Source of the DNA: a bacterium | Lineage (GTDB): Bacteria > SZUA-79 > Acidulodesulfobacterales > Acidulodesulfobacteraceae | DNA length: 64,000 nt | Direction: 5' to 3' | Assembly: GCA_021822485.1 (NCBI GenBank) | Contig: JAKAQP010000002.1 | Coordinates: 10,120-74,119 of the forward strand | Shown: positions 56,635 through 64,000 of the stretch, one piece after another | Position numbering within the stretch: the first letter of the stretch is position 1 | Layout: the number at the start of each line of letters is the position of its first letter | Notes under the pieces: generated by a model | The model's input: the letters and a program-made list of their open reading frames with translations, nothing else | The model's database searches: none | What the model was told of the DNA's origin: nothing | Made by a program: the position numbers and the translations under genes

Positions 56635-56673
56635 GTATGGATGGAATTAAATTCCGTCCATACCACAAAACGG
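56635..56673 (+). repeat. palindromic box-hairpin element, copy G2
   Basis: GTATGGATGGAATT-A-AATTCCGTCCATAC (14 bp, one T:G pair) followed by the box CACAAAACGG. It lies 22 nt upstream of the corrected flxD/mvhD start. Confidence 0.75.
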
Positions 56674-56694
56674 AAAAAAAGGAGTCTTTCAGAC

Positions 56695-57177
56695 ATGGAA
56701 GATATGAACGCAGAAAAGGAAAAACAAAAAGAAGGAACGGCGGCAACTAATGCCGGCAGTCAAAGCGACCCAAGGTTAATAGCTTTCGTCTGCAACTGGT
56801 GTACATACAACGGCGCGGATCTTGCCGGCACGAGCAGAATGAAGTATTCCGACAACGTAAGGGTTATAAAACTGCCGTGTACCGGAAGAATAGACCCGCT
56901 TTTTATAGTAGAAGCTTTTAAAAAAGGTGCAAAAGGAGTTTTAGTTTCCGGGTGTCACCCAGGCGACTGCCATTATACCAGCGGAAATTATCATTCAAGA
57001 AGAAAATACGCGACGTTTAGAGATTTACTAGGCTATCTCGGAGTAGATTTAAACAGGGTGGAATTTTCCTGGATAAGCGCATCGGAAGGAAACAAATGGG
57101 TTGCCGTAATTAACGAATTTACGGATAAAATTAAATCTCTGCCGGATAAAACGACGGATATATTTACAAAAAAATAA
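56695..57177 (+). CDS. mvhD: MvhD-like protein (FlxD)
   Basis: FVCNWCTYNGADLAG...LPCTGR...SGCHPGDCHY is the MvhD signature. The ORF track starts at 56641 inside repeat G2. ATG 56695 (MEDMNAEKE) has a GGAG 10 nt upstream. Confidence 0.85.
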   Translation: MEDMNAEKEKQKEGTAATNAGSQSDPRLIAFVCNWCTYNGADLAGTSRMKYSDNVRVIKLPCTGRIDPLFIVEAFKKGAKGVLVSGCHPGDCHYTSGNYHSRRKYATFRDLLGYLGVDLNRVEFSWISASEGNKWVAVINEFTDKIKSLPDKTTDIFTKK

Positions 57178-57188
57178 AGGATATATTT

Positions 57189-58094
57189 ATGGCAAACACA
57201 AAAACAGACGAAAAATTGCAAAAAATAGCAAAAGATCTTCTAGAAAGCGGGGAAGTAAACCTCATAATAGGATATACCAAAGGTTCTAATCCGCAAAGAA
57301 TGAGACCCGTTTTTATAACGAAACCTGAAGAGGTTGAAAAGCTTTCTTTCAGTCATAACGCCGTTCAAGATCTAGCCGTATTTTTAAAAAAACAGGAAGT
57401 CAAGAAATACGGAAAAATAGGAATAACAGTTAAAGGATGCGACGAAAAAGCCGTTAATTCCTTAATTCAGGAATATCAATTATCTAGAGACAACATAAAA
57501 ATAATAGGTATGCAGTGTAACGGCGTAATAAAACAAAATCTTGCCGATAAAGGCGAAACAAAGGTTTCTGAAACTACCGTTTACGATAAGTGCCTGATAT
57601 GTCAGGAACATACGCCCGTTCTTTACGATTTTCTCATTGAAACCGAAGAACCTGAATTAAGTCTGTCGGGAAACGTAAAGCCTTATGCAGATATAGAAAA
57701 ATTAGATGAGCTAAGTACCGAAGAAAAAAATGCTTACTGGGCAAAAGAGTTTGATAAATGTATTAAGTGTTATGCCTGCAGACAGGCTTGTCCGCTTTGT
57801 TTCTGCTCAAGATGCATAGTAGAAAAAAATATGCCTCAGTGGATAGATACTAATTCCGAAGAACCCGGAAATGCACAGTGGAATATGATAAGAGCTTATC
57901 ATCTTTCCGGCAGGTGCATAGGCTGCGGAGAGTGCGAAAGAGCATGCCCCGTGAACATTCCGCTTATGCTGATAAACGAAAAAATGGCAAGAGACGTATA
58001 TAATCTTTTCGGGTATAAGTCAGGATTAGATATTAATGCTAAACCCGTTTTCGGCGTATTCAGCGAAAACGATTTCAACGATTTTATAAAATAA
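57189..58094 (+). CDS. Fe-S protein, FlxC-like
   Basis: 301 aa. CIKCYACRQACPLCFC and CIGCGECERACP. Position between the mvhD-like and AsrA-like genes. Confidence 0.6.
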   Translation: MANTKTDEKLQKIAKDLLESGEVNLIIGYTKGSNPQRMRPVFITKPEEVEKLSFSHNAVQDLAVFLKKQEVKKYGKIGITVKGCDEKAVNSLIQEYQLSRDNIKIIGMQCNGVIKQNLADKGETKVSETTVYDKCLICQEHTPVLYDFLIETEEPELSLSGNVKPYADIEKLDELSTEEKNAYWAKEFDKCIKCYACRQACPLCFCSRCIVEKNMPQWIDTNSEEPGNAQWNMIRAYHLSGRCIGCGECERACPVNIPLMLINEKMARDVYNLFGYKSGLDINAKPVFGVFSENDFNDFIK

Positions 58095-58121
58095 GAAATA
58101 AGATATTGGAGACGGCTTATA

Positions 58122-59144
58122 ATGGAAGAAAAATATTTTGAAATTTCCTCGGAAAATCTTAAAAAATTTGTTGACGGGATGGTAACCGATAATTATGAGG
58201 TTATAGCGCCGACCGATAAAGACGGCGATACTTTTTACGGAAAAATAAGCAAGTTTGAAGAAGCAAATTTAGATATTTTATTGCCGAAGATGTCTTATAA
58301 GGAATATCTTCTTCCTAAAACCGAAACTATTTTTGAGTATTCTATTTCGGGAGTCGATACGGATATTAAAGACGGTCTGCAAAATATTGCCGGCGCAAAC
58401 GAAAAACGGGTTATTTTCGGCGGAAGGCCTTGCGATGCGGGAGCAGGTCCTATAATGGAAAAAGTTTTTAACTGGGATTATAAAGACGAATTCTTTAACG
58501 AAAGATTTAAAAATCTGACCATAATTTCTATAGCCTGCGAAAAACCGGATAACTATTGTTTCTGCACTGAAATGCAGCTTTCTCCGGAAAGTTCTTACGG
58601 TTCCGACATTCTTCTTAAAAAATCCGGCGACAAATATTTTGCTATAGTTACAGGAGAGAAAGGACTAAATCTTGTAAAAAAATATTCGGATTTGTTTACC
58701 GAAACTACAAAAGACAAAGTTCCGGCAGATAAAGACTGGAAAAAGATTTTTGAAATAGAAAAGACTAAAAGCTTTTTAGATAAAAATTTCGAGCATAACT
58801 ATTTTCAGGAAAGATTTTTATCGTGCATAGGCTGCGGAGTCTGTACTTACACATGTCCTACATGCCACTGTTTCGATATTCAGGACGAGGGCAACCTTAA
58901 AGAAGGCAGGAGGATCCGCAACTGGGATTCATGCCAATTCGGAATATTTACGCTTCATACTTCGGGACATAATCCGAGGGTTACTCAGGGCGACAGATAC
59001 AGACAGAGATTGATGCACAAATTTAAAATCTACAGCGAGAAATTCGATAAATATTTATGCGTAGGATGCGGCAGATGTTCGAGAAACTGCCCCGAAGACA
59101 TAGATATAAAAGAAGTTGCGAAAAATTTAGCCGAAATGGCGTAA
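58122..59144 (+). CDS. Fe-S protein, FlxB-like (AsrA / sulfhydrogenase beta-like)
   Basis: 340 aa. CIGCGVCTYTCPTCHCFD and CVGCGRCSRNCP. Confidence 0.6.
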   Translation: MEEKYFEISSENLKKFVDGMVTDNYEVIAPTDKDGDTFYGKISKFEEANLDILLPKMSYKEYLLPKTETIFEYSISGVDTDIKDGLQNIAGANEKRVIFGGRPCDAGAGPIMEKVFNWDYKDEFFNERFKNLTIISIACEKPDNYCFCTEMQLSPESSYGSDILLKKSGDKYFAIVTGEKGLNLVKKYSDLFTETTKDKVPADKDWKKIFEIEKTKSFLDKNFEHNYFQERFLSCIGCGVCTYTCPTCHCFDIQDEGNLKEGRRIRNWDSCQFGIFTLHTSGHNPRVTQGDRYRQRLMHKFKIYSEKFDKYLCVGCGRCSRNCPEDIDIKEVAKNLAEMA

Positions 59145-59203
59145 GTAATAGTTTAAAATAATATAATTTAATATTAATATTATATAGCGGGAGCATATAG
59201 TTA

Positions 59204-60028
59204 ATGGAAAATATCTATTTGCCTAAACTGGCGGAAATAAAAGAAATTATTCAGGAGACGGCTGACACTAAAACGATACGCCTTACCATAGACGGAAAAA
59301 GCATTGATTTTCTTCCCGGTCAGTTTGGCGAATTTTCGCTGATAGGGGAGGGCGAGTCAACCTTCGGTTTTTCATCCTCTCCTTTAAGAAAAGAATATTT
59401 TGAATTCAGTTTCAGGACTTCGGGACGCGCTACGACTGGAATAAACGGATTAAACGAAGGCGATAAACTTGCTTTCAGGGGTCCTTACGGAAACTATTTC
59501 GATACTTCGAAAATGCACGGCAAAGATATCGTCTTCGTCGGCGGAGGCATAGGCATGGCTCCGGTTAAGTCTATTATGGAATATTGTCTCGACGAGCGCG
59601 ATAAATACGGTAAAATTACTATACTATACGGTGCGAGAACCGTAGGCGACCTTTTATATAAAAATATTTTCGAAGAATGGAAAAATCATAAAGATACTGA
59701 ATTTGTCGTGACGGTAGATCCGGGCGGAGAAACACCGGACTGGAAAGGAAAAGTAGGCTTCGTTCCGACTATTCTGGAACAGCTTCCTCTTAAAGGAGAA
59801 AACAGCATAGCGGTAGTCTGCGGGCCTCCGATTATGATTAAGTTTGCTTTGAAAACTCTTGAAGAAAAAATGGGTTTCAGTAAAGAAAATATAATAACTA
59901 CTCTTGAAAACAGAATGAAATGCGGACTCGGAAAATGCGGAAGATGCAACGTAGGCAGCGTTTACGTATGCAAAGACGGTCCGGTGTTTACGGCAAAAGA
60001 GCTTGAGAGCCTGCCCAACGACTTCTAA
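59204..60028 (+). CDS. FAD/NAD(P)H oxidoreductase with a C-terminal 2Fe-2S site, FlxA-like (AsrB / PyrK / HydG family)
   Basis: 274 aa. FNR-like fold (PGQFGEF, FVGGGIGMAPV) and the C-terminal CGLGKCGRC...C. Confidence 0.75.
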   Translation: MENIYLPKLAEIKEIIQETADTKTIRLTIDGKSIDFLPGQFGEFSLIGEGESTFGFSSSPLRKEYFEFSFRTSGRATTGINGLNEGDKLAFRGPYGNYFDTSKMHGKDIVFVGGGIGMAPVKSIMEYCLDERDKYGKITILYGARTVGDLLYKNIFEEWKNHKDTEFVVTVDPGGETPDWKGKVGFVPTILEQLPLKGENSIAVVCGPPIMIKFALKTLEEKMGFSKENIITTLENRMKCGLGKCGRCNVGSVYVCKDGPVFTAKELESLPNDF

Positions 60029-60051
60029 TTCTAACGACTGAAACTAAATTT

Positions 60052-61989
60052 ATGCAGCTATTAATAATTCATGCCGACGATTTCAGTTATTCTTTGACCG
60101 GAAAAACACCGGTTGCAGAAGAAATAGACAAATCGGTCGTTAAAGACGCCGGCATTTTTTTTGAAGAGCCTTTAGTAGTTTTTTGCACCGTAGAAAAAGC
60201 AGACGCGAAAAATAACGAAGATATAGTAAAACAGGCTTTTACGCAAATCAAAGATATAGCCGACAAATTAAAACCGCGTATAATTATTGTCTATCCTTAT
60301 GCGCATCTTTCCAGCAGTCTTGCCGACCCAAGACTTGCAGTTTCTACGCTAGAATCTTTAAAAAACGAAATAGCGGCGTTTTATTCGGTTTACAGAGCGC
60401 CTTTCGGATGGTATAAGAGCTTTAAAATATTGTGCAAGGGTCATCCGTTAAGCGAATCGTCGAGGCATATTACATATTTATCCGAAGAAGAGCAGGCAAA
60501 TATGCCGGCTAAAACTTCCGTAAACAGAAAAACAAGGGAAGACGTAGTTAAAGATGTTGAAAGCGAATTTTTTATATTAAATTTCGACGGCAAAGAAACG
60601 AAAATAGATTTAAAAAACGAAAGCATTTTAGAAGATATATCGCTTAAAGATTTTCCTTCGTTAAGAAAAGTAATCGCATACGAAGAATTTAAAATAAAAG
60701 AAGGGGAGACGCCCCCTTCGGTTTCGGCTATGAGGCGTCTTGAGATTGCCGACCACGAAGAAAATTCAGATTCGGGACATCTGCGCTTTTACCCAAAAGG
60801 CACTTTGCTCTTCAAACTTTTGTCCGATTGGGCGGAAGATATAGCTTTGAACCGCTTAAACTGCATGGAAATAGAAACCCCGCTGATATACAACTGGAAT
60901 AAACCGGAGATAAAAGGGCAGGGAGAATCGTTTCACGAAAGACACTACTCAATTTTGGTACCGGATGAAAAATCCGAAACGGGCGGATTTGCGCCTTCTA
61001 AAGAATTCGTGTTAAGGTTTGCCGGAGATTTCGGTCTTTTTTCGATGCTTAAAGATACGAAAATGAGCTATAAACACCTCCCGTTAAGATTTTACGAAAT
61101 TTCAAAAAGTTTCAGATATGAAAAAAGCGGAGAATTGGCGGGTTTAAGAAGGCTGAGGGGTTTTACCATGCCTGATATCCACAGTTTCTGCCTTAATCTA
61201 GAAGAAGGCTTTAACGAATATCAAACTCTTTACAGAACGTACGCCGACCTTGCGGAAGGCACGGGAATCGAATACGCCGTAGTTTTTAGAATAGTCAAAG
61301 AATATTACGAAAAATATAAAGATAAAATAGTGGAACTGTTAAGATACTCAAAAAAACCCGCGCTTATCGAAGTTTTATCTAAGATGAAGCATTACTGGGC
61401 GCTTAAACACGAATTTCAAGGCGTCGACTCGGTAAACGGCTCCTGCCAGCTTTCCACCGTACAGCTTGACGTGGAAGACGCTAAAAGATACGGTTTGAAT
61501 TTTACTACGGAAACCGGTGAAAAAGCAGGATGTATAATATGCCATTCTTCGGTAGGGGCTATCGAAAGGTGGATGTATCTGATTATAGAAGAAGCTCTTA
61601 AAAAAGTTATTCCGGTCTTTCCTTTATGGTTAAGCCCCACTCAGGTCAGGATTATACCGGTATCGGAAAAGTTTATCGATGTTGCGGTTAAATTAAAAGA
61701 AGAGATAAGCGGCTCGGATATAAGGGCGGATATCGACGACAGGGATTTCAGCTTAGGCAAAAAGATAATGTTTGCCGAAGAAGAATGGGTTCCGTACATT
61801 GCCGTCGTAGGACAAAAAGAAGCTGAAAGCGGAGTTTTGTCTATTAGAAACAGGTATAAAGAAAGAAAAAATTTTAATATAGACAAAGCCGATTTTATTA
61901 AAGAAATTAAAGCCGAAACAAAGGGAATGCCTTACAGAAAACTTATACTGCCGGATGTGCTTTCAAAACGCCCGATATTCGTCGGATAA
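60052..61989 (+). CDS. thrS: threonyl-tRNA synthetase, archaeal type (N-terminal DTD-like editing domain)
   Basis: 645 aa. N-terminus MQLLIIHADDFSY...VYPYAHLSS...APFGWYKSFKILCKGHPLSE matches the archaeal ThrRS editing domain. Class II motif 2 is FRYEKSGELAGLRRLRGFTMPD, motif 3 is HSSVGAIERWMY, and there is a C-terminal anticodon-binding domain. No bacterial TGS/N2 domains. Confidence 0.9.
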   Translation: MQLLIIHADDFSYSLTGKTPVAEEIDKSVVKDAGIFFEEPLVVFCTVEKADAKNNEDIVKQAFTQIKDIADKLKPRIIIVYPYAHLSSSLADPRLAVSTLESLKNEIAAFYSVYRAPFGWYKSFKILCKGHPLSESSRHITYLSEEEQANMPAKTSVNRKTREDVVKDVESEFFILNFDGKETKIDLKNESILEDISLKDFPSLRKVIAYEEFKIKEGETPPSVSAMRRLEIADHEENSDSGHLRFYPKGTLLFKLLSDWAEDIALNRLNCMEIETPLIYNWNKPEIKGQGESFHERHYSILVPDEKSETGGFAPSKEFVLRFAGDFGLFSMLKDTKMSYKHLPLRFYEISKSFRYEKSGELAGLRRLRGFTMPDIHSFCLNLEEGFNEYQTLYRTYADLAEGTGIEYAVVFRIVKEYYEKYKDKIVELLRYSKKPALIEVLSKMKHYWALKHEFQGVDSVNGSCQLSTVQLDVEDAKRYGLNFTTETGEKAGCIICHSSVGAIERWMYLIIEEALKKVIPVFPLWLSPTQVRIIPVSEKFIDVAVKLKEEISGSDIRADIDDRDFSLGKKIMFAEEEWVPYIAVVGQKEAESGVLSIRNRYKERKNFNIDKADFIKEIKAETKGMPYRKLILPDVLSKRPIFVG

Positions 61990-62079
61990 ATATAATAAGG
62001 ACAAATTCGTATAAATATAATATAATATAGTATAATATATAAAAAATAAAAATATTAAAACAGGAGAACATCGCAGGTT

Positions 62080-63315
62080 ATGGATAATGCGTCGAACGAA
62101 ATTGCAATAATAGACGAAACATCGGTGAAAAAAAGCGTTACTTTAAAATTGGACGAAAACAGGACGCAGGAACTTTTGCAGAAAAAATTATCCGAAGCGG
62201 CTAAAAAAGCCAATATAAAAGGCTTTAGACCGGGCAAGGCGCCTATGTCTATAATAAAGAAATATTACGAAGCGGAACTTTTAGAAGAATCGGCGGCGGA
62301 AATTTTAAATCAGGATTTTAGAAAAATTATTTCTGAAAAAGGAATATATCTTATAGGAACGCCCGTGCTGGAAAAAAAGAGCGATACAGAGTATTCCATA
62401 TCGTTTGACGTAATGCCGGAAATTAAAGATTTAAATTTAGACATAAAAATTAAAAAAATAGACAAAAGAGAAATTACCGATAAAACAATAGAAGAAGAAA
62501 TAAATTTTCTTTTAGAAAGGCTTGCCGACCAGGAAAAGCTTGACGATTCGGCTATTATAGATGCGGACGGGAAATATTTCGCAAAGATAGATTATATTAC
62601 TATAGACGAAAACGGCAAAGAAATAGACAGCGCAAAGGATTATACCATCAGTTTAAACTCAAGCATAATAGACAAGTCTTTTGAATCTGCATTCATAGGC
62701 AAGAAAAAAGGAGACGCATTCGAATACGACGACAAAGAAAGAAAAGTTACCGTCAAAGGTTTCGTAAGGGAAATAGACAGGAAAATACTGCCCGAACTTA
62801 ACGAAGAAACTATAAAAAATTTCGGAGACTTCAAAGACATCGGAGAATTTAAAAAATACGTCGAAAAGAGTCTTAACGAATACGAAGAAAAAAAATACAA
62901 AGATGCGCTGAGAGCTTCTATTTCCGAAGAATTGATTAAACTTAACCCTGTCGAACTTCCGGAAAGCATAGTAGAAGAAGATGCAAAATCAAGATTGGAA
63001 GAAATGAAAAAGCAGGACAAATATAAAAATATAGACGGAAAGTCTGAAGAATATATGGGAATTTTAAAAATAATGGCAAAACGCGATATAGCGCTATATC
63101 TTCTGCTTTCCGCCGTCGAAAAGAAAGAAAATATAACGGTAGCGGATGAGGACTTAGAAGATTTCTATAAAAATACCGCATTAATATCAAATATGAAAGA
63201 AGACGAAGTCAAAGGTTTTTATTCGTCGCCTGAAGCGCAGGAAAATTTAAAAAACGCTCTTTTGGAAGATAAAACCTTCGATTTCTTATCGCAAAACAAA
63301 GTCGAATATATTTAA
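62080..63315 (+). CDS. tig: trigger factor
   Basis: 411 aa. GFRPGKAP ribosome-binding signature, acidic helical C-terminal arms. Upstream of clpP-clpX, as is usual. Confidence 0.85.
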   Translation: MDNASNEIAIIDETSVKKSVTLKLDENRTQELLQKKLSEAAKKANIKGFRPGKAPMSIIKKYYEAELLEESAAEILNQDFRKIISEKGIYLIGTPVLEKKSDTEYSISFDVMPEIKDLNLDIKIKKIDKREITDKTIEEEINFLLERLADQEKLDDSAIIDADGKYFAKIDYITIDENGKEIDSAKDYTISLNSSIIDKSFESAFIGKKKGDAFEYDDKERKVTVKGFVREIDRKILPELNEETIKNFGDFKDIGEFKKYVEKSLNEYEEKKYKDALRASISEELIKLNPVELPESIVEEDAKSRLEEMKKQDKYKNIDGKSEEYMGILKIMAKRDIALYLLLSAVEKKENITVADEDLEDFYKNTALISNMKEDEVKGFYSSPEAQENLKNALLEDKTFDFLSQNKVEYI

Positions 63316-63331
63316 GGAGAATAAAAATAAA

Positions 63332-63931
63332 ATGTCGCTTGTACCTATAGTAGTAGAACAGACCCACAGGGGCGAAAGGTCATACGATATTTATTCGCGC
63401 CTTTTAAAAGACAGAATTATATTTATAGGAGAGGCTATCGACGATACTTTTGCAAATCTCGTAATCGCCCAGCTGTTGTTTCTCGAATCCGAAGACCCGG
63501 AAAAAGACATAAACATATATATAAATTCCCCCGGAGGCGTAATAACGGCCGGACTTGCCATTTACGATACCATGCAGTATATTAAGCCCGATGTATCTAC
63601 CTTATGCATGGGGCAGGCGGCAAGCATGGGCGCCGTTCTTCTTGCGGCGGGAGCTAAGGGAAAAAGATTTGCCCTGCCTCATTCCAGAATTATGATACAT
63701 CAGCCGCTCGGCGGTTTTCAGGGTCAGGCTACCGATATCGATATACAGGCAAGGGAGATTTTAAGGATGCGCGAAGAATTAAATCAGATACTTGCCGGAC
63801 ATACGGGGCAAAATATAGATAAAATCAGGGAAGATACCGAAAGAGACTTTTTTATGAGCGGAGGTCAGTCTGTAGAATACGGCATTATAGATAAAGTTGT
63901 AGAAAAAAAAGAGATTAAAGAAGTGAAATAG
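63332..63931 (+). CDS. clpP: ATP-dependent Clp protease proteolytic subunit
   Basis: 199 aa. [17 protein letters not shown], active-site GQAASMG, HQPLGG. Confidence 0.95.
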   Translation: MSLVPIVVEQTHRGERSYDIYSRLLKDRIIFIGEAIDDTFANLVIAQLLFLESEDPEKDINIYINSPGGVITAGLAIYDTMQYIKPDVSTLCMGQAASMGAVLLAAGAKGKRFALPHSRIMIHQPLGGFQGQATDIDIQAREILRMREELNQILAGHTGQNIDKIREDTERDFFMSGGQSVEYGIIDKVVEKKEIKEVK

Positions 63932-63969
63932 ATTTAATATAATACGATTAATACCGGGGATAATAAAAA

Positions 63970-64000
63970 TGGCTAAGAAAAATAACGGAAACAACAATAA
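63970..64000 (+). CDS. clpX: 5' end of a gene truncated by the window edge, probably clpX
   Basis: Only MAKKNNGNNN is visible. The call rests solely on the conserved tig-clpP-clpX order. Confidence 0.3.

Overview
This is a visibly AT-rich bacterial chromosomal window. Gene content (TolC/MacAB-type efflux, beta-barrel OMP, Hdr/Flx, Nfn) suggests an anaerobic diderm, but the lineage cannot be assigned from sequence alone. I can support about 68 protein-coding genes (roughly two thirds on the + strand) and 3 tRNAs (Cys-GCA, Leu-UAA, Phe-GAA, all with encoded CCA). I recognised no rRNA, CRISPR array, IS element, integrase or phage gene. Blocks in order: galT plus a HAD phosphatase, mqnA-like, a histidine kinase, queD and secreted/TPR proteins; tRNA-Cys and nfnAB; tRNA-Leu/Phe followed by GNAT, methyltransferase, LysR and an OMP; an 11-gene, 10-kb + strand operon (14304-24468) encoding a soluble Mo/W-pterin oxidoreductase with an HdrB-like subunit, its own cofactor-biosynthesis genes and an NAD(P)H/ferredoxin module; a P-type ATPase on the opposite strand; mobB, dus, FeS, CBS and HPP genes; rplM-rpsI-argC; a peptide/nickel SBP; moaC; a type-E (SdhABE / thiol:fumarate-reductase-like) succinate dehydrogenase; der-rnc-mtaB-mnmA-nifS-iscR-cysE (- strand); tolC-macA-macB (- strand); rimO; hdrCBA-flxDCBA; an archaeal-type thrS; tig-clpP-clpX. 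The most interesting signals are: (1) the Mo/W operon, whose subunit combination matches no textbook molybdoenzyme architecture; (2) a dispersed family of at least 8 roughly 40-nt palindromic elements (conserved CCAWTTTGTG box plus a hairpin with an invariant AATT-N-AATT centre and covarying arms), which mostly sit just upstream of start codons, bracket the ATPase gene and artificially extend two ORFs; (3) a HAD phosphatase with no canonical start codon, placed in the -1 frame just after a U_UUU_UUA heptamer at the end of galT; (4) a divergent PTPS/QueD-like protein inside the Moco cluster; (5) a GC-rich, probably structured element in the 13.9-14.1 kb intergenic region; (6) an archaeal-type ThrRS. 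All functional calls rest on motif recognition by eye. No database search was run.
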